Shown here piece by piece: positions 31,706 through 41,984 of a DNA stretch of 64,000 nt (within the stretch, counting starts at the first letter, position 1; the number at the start of each line of letters is the position of its first letter). Location of the stretch: contig OZ242186.1 of assembly GCA_965205675.1 (NCBI GenBank), positions 256,001 through 320,000 on the forward strand. The letters run 5' to 3'. Below the pieces are notes generated by a model. That model saw only the letters and a list, made by a program, of their open reading frames with translations. It was not told the origin of the DNA and ran no database searches. This DNA is from Nitrosopumilus sp. GTDB taxonomy: Archaea > Thermoproteota > Nitrososphaeria > Nitrososphaerales > Nitrosopumilaceae. Made by a program: the position numbers and the translations under genes.

Positions 31706-32154
31706 TACTCTAGTTGGGCAACTACGGATTTATACTTCCATGTTTTAGAAATTCTTCCAATTTTTTTGTAGTAGACTGATAGTCTGTGAACTTTGGCTTC
31801 AATTAATTCCAAAGATCTGACATTTCTGTTGTCTCCTTTGTTTGCCTTGAGGTGTTTCTGAAGACCTACTGCTTTTCTAACAATATTTTCAAGATCTTCA
31901 GGCATTTCAGCTTTTAAATCATTTTCCTCTAAAATTTGACCCATGCTCTTTTTGGTAATTGGTTTGATTAGAGGAATAGAATGTTGATCTCTGAGTTTAA
32001 TTCCAATTTGGCTAGGAGTTAAACCGTCTTTAGAATATTTTATTATCAATTCTTCAATTTCTGCAGGACTTTGTGTGATCCAAGAAGGTGCACGAAGTGT
32101 GGCTGGTCTAATAGAATGTGATTTTCCATGTCTATGTGTGTGCATTCGTCCCAT
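31705..32154 (-). CDS. rps15: 30S ribosomal protein S15 (uS15)
   Basis: MGRMH...PSQIGIKLRD...PEDL...ELIEAKVHRL. Confidence 0.95.
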   Translation of the reverse strand: MGRMHTHRHGKSHSIRPATLRAPSWITQSPAEIEELIIKYSKDGLTPSQIGIKLRDQHSIPLIKPITKKSMGQILEENDLKAEMPEDLENIVRKAVGLQKHLKANKGDNRNVRSLELIEAKVHRLSVYYKKIGRISKTWKYKSVVAQLE

Positions 32155-32278
32155 GATTTGGCTCATTATAGAACAAAATTAAATGTTATTTATACTGATC
32201 TCGTACATCCTCTTAAAATTTGGGGTTTAGAATAAAAGTTAAATAAGTCTCTGGCGCCAAAACTAGCAGGTAAACCGT

Positions 32279-32611
32279 ATGAATACAAAAGTACTATTAG
32301 TAGCATCCTTACTTGCTATATTTACTATTGGAATGTATGCAGACAATATTGCAGCATTTGCCCAATACATGGGTAATGTAGGTAGTCAAGGAGAAACAGG
32401 ATCATACACATTAGAAGAAGCACTTGAGATTCAAGCAAGAAGAATCGCAGCAGCTGAAGCAAACCCCTCTTCTGGTTCAGGAACTCCATATCTTGATGCA
32501 GGTGGTGTAGTTGGCGCAGCAGTTATTGCAGGTGCTGTATTCGGTGGCATTGCAGGAGCTTTCTTCCTTAGAGGAAGATCTGGCAAATATGCCGCAATGG
32601 GTAGAGGATAA
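32279..32611 (+). CDS. amoZ: AOA membrane protein, likely AMO accessory subunit AmoZ
   Basis: Signal peptide plus C-terminal TM helix; at the edge of the amo cluster; assignment from recalled topology and synteny, not a search. Confidence 0.55.
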   Translation: MNTKVLLVASLLAIFTIGMYADNIAAFAQYMGNVGSQGETGSYTLEEALEIQARRIAAAEANPSSGSGTPYLDAGGVVGAAVIAGAVFGGIAGAFFLRGRSGKYAAMGRG

Positions 32612-32797
32612 GCAAACCTCACTTTTCTCTTATTTTATTATCTCTTCTTAGTGTAAACTGAATTTATTCAACGATTCTGTGAAGTTATCGGGAGCTAGTG
32701 TTTTTTCTCTAGTTCTTTGATTCTTTTTTCTAGATTCAATAACATATGTCCATGAGCATTAATGTGTCCTCAAACATAGATATAGTATACTTGAAGT

Positions 32798-32929
32798 ATG
32801 AAAGTCAAAACTGCCATATCAATAGATTATGATTTGTTGTCATGGATTGAATCAGAAACAGAATCTGGCAGATTTGCCAATAAATCACATGGTATCTCTT
32901 ACTGTGTAAGAGATCGTGAAATTAACTAA
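32798..32929 (+). CDS. Ribbon-helix-helix (CopG-like) micro-protein, 43 aa
   Basis: MKVKTAISIDYDLLSWIESETESGRFANKSHGISYCVRDREIN; not in the ORF track. Confidence 0.72.
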   Translation: MKVKTAISIDYDLLSWIESETESGRFANKSHGISYCVRDREIN

Positions 32930-32931
32930 AA

Positions 32932-33156
32932 TTATTTTTTAGAGAGTAATTTATCAATCTTAGATTCTAAATTATCTAATTTTGTGCAATTTTGTAAAAC
33001 ATTGTCTTTTAGTATTCCAATATCTGACTTTATTCCAGAAATATCTTCCTTCATCTTTATTATTGTAATATTGTTATTCTGCATTTCTATATTTAAAGAG
33101 TTAAATTTTGTGTCAAAATGGTCTTTAATATCTTTTATTTCACTCATATTGATCAT
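32932..33156 (-). CDS. Small coiled-coil hypothetical protein
   Basis: Heptad-rich (IKSDIGILKD...LESKIDKL). Confidence 0.55.
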   Translation of the reverse strand: MINMSEIKDIKDHFDTKFNSLNIEMQNNNITIIKMKEDISGIKSDIGILKDNVLQNCTKLDNLESKIDKLLSKK

Positions 33157-33200
33157 ATATTCTAGTATATTATTTATCGTTTACTCAAATGGACTTATTT

Positions 33201-34243
33201 TGTACTATACGGAAATTATGTCGCTTATCCATTTGTATCCTCTTCAGCCCAATTGGGGTTATCATCTCTGATCGTTTTTGTGGCAATTCTTGCTTTAAAT
33301 GCATCTAGTGGTCGTTCACCTGCATCAATATCTAGTGAAAAGTGTAGTCTGCGTTCATTGTAATATTTGACATATTCAGACAGACTATCATAGTGAAATA
33401 TCTCTTCTTCAATACTTCTGTGGAATCGTTCTAGCTTGCCATTTGTCTGTGGATGATATGGTCTGGAGTTTATCAACTCAATTCCCATGTCTAGCAATGC
33501 TTCTTCAAAAAGTGTTGGACTCCATGAACCTTTTGGTTTTTTTGATGTCTTCCAACAAAGCATAATCCGTTATCTGAAAGTATTGTAGCAGGGACACCAA
33601 ACTTTTTGACGGCTTTATACAAGACTCGTACTGCATTTTCTGATGTAGCTTGAGTGAATATTTGTGCTGCCATGATACACCTTGAAGAATCATCAAGATA
33701 TGTGACTAGATTCAGCCCTCTAAAGCGCGGGTCCTTCATCATATGCCAATCCACATGCCACATTGCATTGGAATACTTGCGTTCAAATCTTACCCATTTG
33801 CGTTTACGTGATTTTGCAGGGGATGGAATTGATAGATGATTCGCCTTCATTATCTGGTATACTTTATGGTAACTTATAATGTGACCTTTTTCTTTGAGTT
33901 CTTTTGTAAGACGTACTGCACCTATTGGTTGTTCTTTGTGTTTTTGTAATACTAGATTGGTTTGGGTCTCTGATGGTGCTGATGAATGTCTTCCAGGAGT
34001 TTTTTGTACATGTGGTACCACCTGTTTTACGAAATTCTGCCCAAATACGTTGAATATGTCTCTGTGTTACATTCGTTTCATATGCAATTGTAGCTGTTCT
34101 ACGACCTTGTTTACACTGTGCAATGATGTAACGTATTGATTTCTCAGTAAGATATTTCCTCATAATTTTAGATCGATATAGTCTATAGTATTCCTTTACA
34201 CAATGTCTAATCTTAGGACGACCTAATTTTCGTACAATAGACA
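33201..34243 (-). mobile_element. IS481-family element, frameshifted transposase (33225-34163)
   Basis: TGT...ACA ends, 13-bp TSD aatggacttattt (33188-33200 / 34244-34256), WHVDW, LSDNG, PQTNGKLERFH in three frames. Confidence 0.9.
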
Positions 34244-34279
34244 AATGGACTTATTTTTACGATTATTTTATCTCCAGCA

Positions 34280-34368
34280 GGTTTTAGTTCCCAACTTAGA
34301 CGGTCAAACAAGGTCACCTTTCAAGTAACTCGTTTAGGCGTTCATGGGTTCAAATCCCGTTAGACTCA
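34280..34368 (+). tRNA. Degenerate tRNA-like gene: Leu-type body, anticodon loop CTTTCAA (TTC, Glu)
   Basis: T-arm ATGGG-TTCAAAT-CCCGT, long variable arm CGT-TTAG-GCG, GGTCAAA D-loop, imperfect acceptor and D stems. Confidence 0.55.
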
Positions 34369-34482
34369 TCGATATATTTTCTACGAAAATCTACCTACAC
34401 TGTTTGAATCTCCTAGATCCCGATAACTTCACAGAATCTAATAAAGGAAATGTATATATCGCACAAATAGAGCCAAATTATT

Positions 34483-34752
34483 ATGATTCCTATCGTAGGT
34501 ACTTTCCTAAGCATCCTGTCTTCAATTACAGGACAACTAGGACCAAACTATGATCCATTATTTTATGATGTAATGATTTACATCTTCGGAACCATTATGT
34601 TCACAATATTCCTTCTTGGAATTATCTCATTCTGGTTACGTGTACACGGCTGGGCTTACAAAGACAACCGTGAGAGGTGGGTTGATGAATTAGACAGACA
34701 CTTTGAAAGAGAAGGTATCGGTCTCATTCCAGACAACGGCAAATATTGGTAA
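34483..34752 (+). CDS. amoY: AOA single-TM membrane protein, likely AMO accessory subunit AmoY
   Basis: One TM helix (VMIYIFGTIMFTIFLLGIISFW), promoter tatatat, in the amo neighbourhood; assignment by synteny. Confidence 0.55.
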   Translation: MIPIVGTFLSILSSITGQLGPNYDPLFYDVMIYIFGTIMFTIFLLGIISFWLRVHGWAYKDNRERWVDELDRHFEREGIGLIPDNGKYW

Positions 34753-34841
34753 AATTACCAACTTTCATCTTTTCATTATTTTTAATATCTTTTAGTGAAA
34801 ACTATGGATTATTCAAATCCTAATTTCTACAGTCTGCAATA

Positions 34842-35426
34842 TTATTTTTCTAATTCTGGTAGGAAATCTTGTTCTTTGGATGAATCATAATCCTTTGAAA
34901 TAAACACTGCTTTGTAGTGATATTTGTCCTGTATTGGGGTTTTTAGACCGTTCTTTGATAATTTATCATTTACATAAATTTCGGTTTTTGATTCTTCCAT
35001 ATCTCTAATTTTAAATTTGGAAATATACAAGAAATGTCCTATCTCGAATTCTGGGTTTTCTGTCCATTCTGCATATACTGTACCATCATTAGAAAGTGTG
35101 TAAATGGCTCGTTGACAATCTTCTGTTATTCCAATATTTGGTTGAATCTCGGCTCGTTGTCCATCTTTGATCATTTCAAAGGTAAATGATATTTTCCAAC
35201 TAGTATCTATATCGTCAATACAAGCATTATGTGCTTGTTGGCCTATTATGGGGTTTACTACCATACTAGTAAGCAATACTGCGATAGCACCTATGATGGC
35301 ACTTATGATAAGAAATTTTATGGTCTTACTTCTTTTGTAAGGATCCCCCATTCCTGGATATTTCATCGTGATGCCATTTCCATCAGATTCCTTAAAGTCT
35401 TTTCCCTTATTCATACATAATTTCAA
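34842..35426 (-). CDS. Membrane-anchored hypothetical protein of the amo neighbourhood
   Basis: N-terminal TM helix, two Cys in the soluble part. Confidence 0.7.
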   Translation of the reverse strand: MKLCMNKGKDFKESDGNGITMKYPGMGDPYKRSKTIKFLIISAIIGAIAVLLTSMVVNPIIGQQAHNACIDDIDTSWKISFTFEMIKDGQRAEIQPNIGITEDCQRAIYTLSNDGTVYAEWTENPEFEIGHFLYISKFKIRDMEESKTEIYVNDKLSKNGLKTPIQDKYHYKAVFISKDYDSSKEQDFLPELEK

Positions 35427-35721
35427 TGGTATCTAATTGGTCTTGGTGGTCTGCAAGAACGTAGGTTATCTCATCAGAATCAATTTCAAGCCATTCTGAC
35501 TCTCCTTTGTATGGAAGATAGTCTTCAACAAACAAATCTCCTTTCCCTAATATTCTAACAATTATTTTTTCATTTTCTGGTTTTATCTCAAAAGGTAATT
35601 TCAGAACTTTGCCCCTTCTTTGATTTTGTATGTTTACTTTGTATTTGTCAGAACGAAATTCTACCTCTCCAGAAAAATAACTCTGAAAAATATCTAATTT
35701 TGTTATTTTAAAACTTAGCAT
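35407..35721 (-). CDS. Hypothetical protein of the amo neighbourhood
   Basis: 104-aa ORF downstream of amoB. Confidence 0.7.
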   Translation of the reverse strand: MLSFKITKLDIFQSYFSGEVEFRSDKYKVNIQNQRRGKVLKLPFEIKPENEKIIVRILGKGDLFVEDYLPYKGESEWLEIDSDEITYVLADHQDQLDTIEIMYE

Positions 35722-35809
35722 ATTTTCAATATTATTTTCTAAGAGATAAGACTTCGTTTTCTTACGCTAAACGTAAAAAGTATCTAGAAAATGAAAAGGA
35801 AAGGGTTGT

Positions 35810-36379
35810 TTAGATTACTTGCCAGGGTCGTGTTGCAAACGTAATGACATAACCTACACCGATGATAATTGATTGATATGCGATGTTAGTATATGGAATT
35901 GGTTTGATAATTGGTTCGCCTTCAACAACTACTGTTTGACCTGGGCCTAGTCCTGGACCAACTTGTGCTACGTTGAGTTGGGTGTGTACGTGGTATACAC
36001 CTGCTTCAAGTGCTTTGGCTGATAGTGAATAATCGACTATTGAGTTACCTGGAATGTCAAAGACGTTTCCTGGTGGGTCTCTTGCCAACATCTCCCATCT
36101 GTTACCTGCGTTGGTTGACTCTGAGAAAATGGATAGCCATCCTCTAAGGTCTCTTTCTACTAAACTAACTAAAGTTCCTTGAAGTGTCAAGATTTCGCCA
36201 GTTTGTAGGGATTGCCTGTTGAAGGTTTCATCTTCAATTCTAATGAAACGACTCTGGAGTTGTGCTTGGACACCGTGTGCATCTGCAGTTGGAAGTACGG
36301 ATTCAACCCAGTTGAAACCTAATGTTCCTAGTGCTAATACTACAGCAAGTCCAAATACGAAAATTCTTTTTTCGACCAT
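35810..36379 (-). CDS. amoB: Ammonia monooxygenase subunit B
   Basis: Signal peptide then HGVQAQLQSRF; YHVHTQLNV. Confidence 0.97.
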   Translation of the reverse strand: MVEKRIFVFGLAVVLALGTLGFNWVESVLPTADAHGVQAQLQSRFIRIEDETFNRQSLQTGEILTLQGTLVSLVERDLRGWLSIFSESTNAGNRWEMLARDPPGNVFDIPGNSIVDYSLSAKALEAGVYHVHTQLNVAQVGPGLGPGQTVVVEGEPIIKPIPYTNIAYQSIIIGVGYVITFATRPWQVI

Positions 36380-36631
36380 AGTTATCCCTAAGTTTTGAAA
36401 ACAAAACACGTCGTTATATGTTTTACCTTGGTAAAGAAGATCGATATTATTTTTGTTGTTTATCTTTGATGTATAACACTAAAATGAATGGAAAAATATT
36501 CAAATTATTATATTATAAACTTAATAATGTAGAATTTTTATATTTATTATGTAATATTGTGTAATATATTAGAAGAAATTCATAACTTTTCAAACTCTTA
36601 CTTTATATTCCGAATTCACATGGTTACATAC

Positions 36632-37195
36632 ATGGCACAAATGCCCGCATTAATCCCAAAAGAAGTTGAGATCCAGAGACTAAAGAAAATCTGGCTCATC
36701 GTTATTGCAATGGGTTCAACTGCAGCATCAGTCGAAGTAGATAATTTCGTTGATGGTTCTTTACATCAAACCTCTATCAGAGATAGTGCTTTCACACCAG
36801 CACACTGGTGGCTATATTCCCACTTCATCACATTACCACTTGGATGGGGAGCAGCAGCAATCTATGATAGAAAAGTACCAATTCTTAGAGGTCCAAATAA
36901 CTCAATGAACACTGGATTGAAGATGACCATTCTTGGTTACCTTGCAACCATGTTTACAATTGGAGTCAATGAGATGTGGCACTTTTGGTTTGTAGAAGAA
37001 ATCTTTGCAGTTCCAAATCACTGGATGTTTAACATGGGAGTCGTAGTGGCTTTCATGGGTGCACTCGCATACGTAGTTAGAGTATATGCTCGACTCGTAG
37101 AACTTGGTGCAGAAACACCGGGTGAGAATCCTTACGTTGCAGAGATGTACAAGATGGCTTTAGAAGGCAAATTGTACAGCAGATCCATTCCTTAG
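36632..37195 (+). CDS. amoC: Ammonia monooxygenase subunit C
   Basis: MAQMPALIPKEVEIQRL, DGSLHQT, RDSAFTPAH, EMWHFWFVEE; TATA ctttatatt at 36601. Confidence 0.97.
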   Translation: MAQMPALIPKEVEIQRLKKIWLIVIAMGSTAASVEVDNFVDGSLHQTSIRDSAFTPAHWWLYSHFITLPLGWGAAAIYDRKVPILRGPNNSMNTGLKMTILGYLATMFTIGVNEMWHFWFVEEIFAVPNHWMFNMGVVVAFMGALAYVVRVYARLVELGAETPGENPYVAEMYKMALEGKLYSRSIP

Positions 37196-37309
37196 AAAAA
37201 GTGCATTAGCACATTTTTTCTTTTATTATTTTTGTCAAAGCCGTAGATCGTACTAGGCCCCACGGTTTAAGAAAGACTTAAAAGGATTCTGAATTAGAAT
37301 AATCTCATA

Positions 37310-37672
37310 ATGACTCTTCCTAAAGGATTCGGTTCTGGCGGTAGCGGTGGATCATCTAGCGCTGACGTAGAACGAATGATTGGTAGACGCGTTGAAAACA
37401 TGACTGGTATGATTACTATTTCATACTGGGCAGCATTACTAGCAACTTTTGGTGGTACTGCAGCAGGATACTTCTATTATCCTTGGGCATATCCAACTCC
37501 AAGTGGCCATTTTGCATTCATCGTACTTGCAATCATCGAGGCAATAGGTTACATCTTCTGTGTTAAAGTCATGGAAGAAGGTTCCAACAAAAACAGTAAT
37601 GGTATTGTTGCCGGCAGTATTGCTGCTTCAGTAGTATTCGTGATATTCATATCAATGTATGTTGGTAACTAG
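37310..37672 (+). CDS. amoX: Ammonia monooxygenase subunit X
   Basis: Multi-TM 120-aa ORF between amoC and amoA (DVERMIGRRVENM). Confidence 0.9.
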   Translation: MTLPKGFGSGGSGGSSSADVERMIGRRVENMTGMITISYWAALLATFGGTAAGYFYYPWAYPTPSGHFAFIVLAIIEAIGYIFCVKVMEEGSNKNSNGIVAGSIAASVVFVIFISMYVGN

Positions 37673-37779
37673 AAGGAAAACCTCTTCAGACACTTCTTTT
37701 TCATTTTCCTTTTTAATTAGAATAAACGATCTCCATCACACTCTAAAATTTTATATACTGACCGTTTCTTCATCATGAT

Positions 37780-38430
37780 ATGGTCTGGTTAAGACGATGT
37801 ACACACTACTTATTCATAGTAGTAGTTGCAGTTAACTCAACACTGTTAACAATTAATGCAGGAGACTACATCTTCTACACTGACTGGGCTTGGACTTCGT
37901 ACACGGTATTCTCAATATCGCAAACGTTGATGCTTATTGTAGGTGCAACATATTACCTAACATTTACAGGCGTTCCAGGCACAGCAACGTACTACGCTCT
38001 AATTATGACAGTATACACATGGATAGCAAAAGGTGCATGGTTTGCACTCGGATATCCATATGACTTCATTGTAACTCCAGTTTGGTTGCCATCAGCAATG
38101 CTGTTGGACTTGGTTTACTGGGCAACAAAGAAGAACAAGCACTCCTTGATACTGTTTGGCGGCGTACTGGTAGGAATGTCCTTACCATTGTTTAACATGG
38201 TAAACCTGATAACAGTTGCAGACCCACTAGAAACGGCATTCAAATATCCAAGACCAACTTTGCCACCATATATGACACCAATCGAACCGCAAGTAGGTAA
38301 ATTCTATAACAGTCCAGTTGCTCTCGGTGCAGGTGCAGGTGCAGTATTGGCATGTACATTTGCAGCCTTAGGTTGTAAGCTGAACACTTGGACATACCGA
38401 TGGATGGCCGCTTGGTCAAAGTGGGACTAA
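37780..38430 (+). CDS. amoA: Ammonia monooxygenase subunit A
   Basis: MVWLRRCTHYLF...AGDYIFYTDWAW...WMAAWSKWD. Confidence 0.99.
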   Translation: MVWLRRCTHYLFIVVVAVNSTLLTINAGDYIFYTDWAWTSYTVFSISQTLMLIVGATYYLTFTGVPGTATYYALIMTVYTWIAKGAWFALGYPYDFIVTPVWLPSAMLLDLVYWATKKNKHSLILFGGVLVGMSLPLFNMVNLITVADPLETAFKYPRPTLPPYMTPIEPQVGKFYNSPVALGAGAGAVLACTFAALGCKLNTWTYRWMAAWSKWD

Positions 38431-38525
38431 AAATCCAACCTTTTCATTTTATTATTCTATCCTTAGAGTATTCTATACAAAAAATTTAGTTTATAAAAAT
38501 TCAAAAAAACCTCGTTTGATTCTTT

Positions 38526-39386
38526 CTAATAATTTTTAATCAATAATTCAAAATGCCCAGTTCTTTTTTTAGAGTTTGAATTAATGGAACGATTTACTTG
38601 GATTCTGTTAATCTTCCAGGGTTTTTTAGAAAAAATTTCTGCAACTTCTTTAGAATCTGAATTAGATAAAAGAACCTTACATCCTTTAGAATCTAACTTC
38701 ATACATAGTTTAGCTAATCTATTAAGATCATCGTATGTGAAACTCTTATTTGTATAACTTGTAAAATTAGCAGTTTGGCTAACTGGTTGATATGGAGGAT
38801 CAAAGTATACCAAATCTCCTTTTTTTGCATCTTGAAGTCCTGACTCAAAATCTCTACATTTGATTGCAACTTTACTTGATTGCAAAATAGCACTCACTGA
38901 GCGTAAATTCTCTTCATTTACAATATTTGGATTTGAGTACTTTCCTAATGGTACGTTGAATTTTCCTTTACTATTGACTCGGTATAATCCATTAAAACAA
39001 GTCCTATTCAAAAAGAGCAATCTGGATGTCTTTTCGATTTCATTTCGTGGGTTGGACTCTCTAATTGAATAATAATATGTTTTAGAATCTCTTTGATAAT
39101 TTCTTTCATGATTTTTTAGAGATGAAATTAATTCATCTATTCTATTTCGAATTGTAGTATATGTCAAAACTAGATCAGAGTTTAAATCTGAAATGCTACA
39201 TTTTTGAGCATTTCTTTCAGTAAGGATATGGAAGAGTAATGCACCTCCACCTAAAAATGGTTCATAATAGGTACCAAATGATTTAGGGATATTTCCATTT
39301 AGAATGGGAATTAGTTGACGTTTGCCTCCGGCCCATTTTACAAATGGTCTTGGAGTAGTTGCAATTTGTTTGTAAACTTGTTTCAA
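38526..39386 (-). CDS. dam: Dam-like DNA adenine methyltransferase
   Basis: KWAGGK, EPFLGGGA, FNGLYRVN, DPPY. Confidence 0.93.
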   Translation of the reverse strand: MKQVYKQIATTPRPFVKWAGGKRQLIPILNGNIPKSFGTYYEPFLGGGALLFHILTERNAQKCSISDLNSDLVLTYTTIRNRIDELISSLKNHERNYQRDSKTYYYSIRESNPRNEIEKTSRLLFLNRTCFNGLYRVNSKGKFNVPLGKYSNPNIVNEENLRSVSAILQSSKVAIKCRDFESGLQDAKKGDLVYFDPPYQPVSQTANFTSYTNKSFTYDDLNRLAKLCMKLDSKGCKVLLSNSDSKEVAEIFSKKPWKINRIQVNRSINSNSKKRTGHFELLIKNY

Positions 39387-39576
39387 TGATTGCTATTGCA
39401 AAAATCATTAACTGTGCTTTAGATAAAATAATTTGATCTTAAACTAACTTTTTCCTAGTCTTAGAATAGCTTAAATACAAATTTCGTAAATTGTTCAAAA
39501 TTATCATTAATTCTCAAAATTAAAGAATAAGGAGGGTGATATCTATCCCAGAAAGAATCGTCTAAATCATGGAGCC

Positions 39577-39618
39577 TTGGTAATGTAAAGGTCACGGGTT
39601 CAGATCCCGTTTGAAGCT
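39577..39618 (+). repeat. att-like copy of the tRNA-Thr 3' half, inverted relative to the tRNA
   Basis: 41/42 identity to the reverse complement of 49145-49186; starts exactly at the anticodon loop TTGGTAA. Confidence 0.9.
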
Positions 39619-39977
39619 CACATCCGTTCACCAATGAAAGATTTGACTCTAAAAGGAAATTTTATGGTGAATAATGGCACTGGATCTGAAATTCAAATTA
39701 TAGAACCAGATGATTTATGACGACATTTATCATTTAAACAAGATGCCATTATTTCGATAAACCAGAATATTTTGACATACAATCCTGATGAATGTGATGA
39801 AGTAACAGTAGATGAAAACGAACAATCTGGTAAGGTAAAACTAGAGACATCTTACATTAATCGTATGTTATCAAAAATTTGAATAATCTATTTAATCACT
39901 ACAAAAAACCCAATAAAATAATGGATGATTATTGTATTATACCCGATGAATAATTAACTCAATGGGGATAAAAACAC

Positions 39978-41981
39978 ATGGGAATTAAAGAAAAAATATT
40001 TGAAAATGAGGATGAATTACAAAAATTTCTAATCTTATTAGCAAATGCTAACAACGAGCCAATCAAAGGACGATTAAAACTACAAAAAATGGTAACTGTC
40101 TAGAGTTTTGAAGTAAAATCTCCAAGATATTCTAAAGAATAATCATGAAAGTTTAATCCTCGTAATCTGCATGTCTCCTTTACACTCATCAGTATCTTAT
40201 GAGAATCAGCACCATGAATGGTTCTATGACCATTTGTAATTTTTCGAATTATCACATTTGGTCTGATTGCCCTCTCTGCTGTGTTGTTATGCGAGTCAGT
40301 TCCAGTAATTAAGAATGTAAAAAGCATTTTTCTCTCACGTTTCAATCTTTTTACAAACCTGATACAGTTTTTCTCTGTGTATTTTTTTGATATGATGTGG
40401 TTAATTCTCCTTTCAAGATTCTTTTTTGCACGGATTCTTTCTGATTCTGATTTTATTTTTGCCACACCATGAGAGTCATAAATTATTTTCTTGAGATTCT
40501 TGGCAAATGGTGCAAATTCTGGTCCGGGATTCTTGTGATTAATGGTATCATTAACCTCTCTGAGATAATGGATGTGACATTTCTGGTGAGTGTTTCCAAC
40601 ATGGTTCCATGCAGGGTACGAATCACTTGTAATGTTGCCATTATACTCCTTGAGAATTCTCTTGGGAACATCCATTGAACGTGATTTGTCAATCTCGTAA
40701 ATTACAGTCCATTTACTCACAAATGCCCACAACCAGTGGTTCTGGCCATCTACCCTCCAACTTGTCTCATCACCATGTATGTTTAGATCTTCTTTTAACT
40801 CTGCAATCATTGTATCATATCTGCTCCCAAATGCTTTTGATACTGTTGATACTGCATGATTAATTGCAGATTCTGTAATGTGTAGTGAGAAGAGCATCTG
40901 CAAAAGATGAGATATTTTACCATATGATAATCCGATAGTTTTTAGTGATATGATTAGCACCATGAGCCTAATTCCAAACCTTTCATTTGACAGTACAGTG
41001 TGAATGTTACCTGAGATTTGTTTTTTGCAGTTTGTGCAGTATCGTCTAACTATCGTATATTTTGTCACAACTGCTTTTGCAGGAATGATGTCTTCTACTA
41101 TTCTGGTGTATGAATCAGTTGGTTCTGAGAGTAATTTGCCACATGTGTTGCACTCTTTTTGGTCAACTGTAATGGCATCATCAATGTGTGCCCGTCTGCT
41201 TCTGCTTTTTCTAGGATGTCTTGATGTTTTCTTCTTTTTTGCAGTTTCAATCTTGTTTGGTTTTGCTTTGATATTTCTTGCAACAAGTGTAGACACTGTT
41301 TGTTTTAGTTCTGCAATTTCTCTGTGTAGTGATTCAATATCTTTGCGTAACTGACGGTTTTCTTGCTCCAACCAGTGACATCTGTTGCGATAATATTCCA
41401 GCTCATCATATACTGACAATTGTATATTGTAATTTATCACTGATCAGAAAAGATATTGATGAAAAATATCAGATAAACAACTTCAAAACTCTAGACAGTT
41501 ACAAAAAATGATGTTTTTGCTATCGGATAAAATTGAAGAAATCAAGAATCAAAGTAGCTATGATGCAGACAATTATGGGCCATATAGCGAGGTAGTTGAC
41601 GAAGAAGCACGATATTTAGAACAAATTGGAGTACTTTCAAGCAGTCCCGGTGAAATCACTCTAACTAAAGATGGAAAAGAGATTGCCAATGAATTACTTA
41701 AAAAAGAAAATAAAAATGTCGTTAATGCATTAAATGAATATAAAAAATTCTTGAATGATTTAAGCAGCAAAGAATTACTTGCTTATGTTTATTCAGCTTA
41801 TCCTGACATGACTGAAGAATCTACCGAGTATGCAAATCTAAAACCCAATATGGAAAACTATATTCTATCCCTGGTAAAAAAACAGAAAATTAGTGCACAA
41901 CGAGCAGCTGAATTATTGAATAAATCACAAGAACACATAATTAAAAAAATGAAAGAAAAAGGCATAATGATGTTGGGATGA
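39978..41981 (+). pseudogene. YwgA/DUF4065(Panacea)-like antitoxin with UPF0175-like tail, split by IS66
   Basis: 39978-40091 plus 41511-41981 rejoin in frame: ...IKGRLKLQKMMFLL...YGPYS...ISAQRAAELL (194 aa). Confidence 0.8.
40092..41502 (-). mobile_element. IS66-family element (single-ORF ISBst12 type), copy 1; transposase 40100-41440
   Basis: TIR gtaactgtctagagttttgaag, 8-bp TSD aaaaaatg, HGDETSW, SDSY, HNNTAERAIR. Confidence 0.95.
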
Positions 41982-41984
41982 ATT

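Larger units (their letters stand above)
32673..34438. mobile_element. Non-autonomous element with IS6-like 26-bp inverted termini carrying passenger genes
   Basis: gattctgtgaagttatcgggagctag (32673-32698) vs reverse complement of 34413-34438, 1 mismatch; no cognate transposase and no visible TSD. Confidence 0.75.

Noticed and set aside
34280-34368. Possible selenocysteine tRNA (TCA within cctttcaag)
   Set aside because: The best stem places TTC, not TCA, at the anticodon; no extended acceptor or D stem typical of tRNA-Sec, and no sel genes in the window.
36557-36631. N-terminal extension of AmoC in the ORF track (likewise AmoB 36380-36409)
   Set aside because: The extension overlaps the TATA box; the conserved proteins start at MAQMP and MVEK.
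38526-39386. dam as part of a restriction-modification system or as island cargo
   Set aside because: No adjacent endonuclease; it lies outside the att-like repeat and looks like an orphan methyltransferase.
39634-39883. Short ORF with an in-frame TGA after the att-like repeat
   Set aside because: No recognisable motif; cannot distinguish a pseudogene from chance, and no evidence for read-through.
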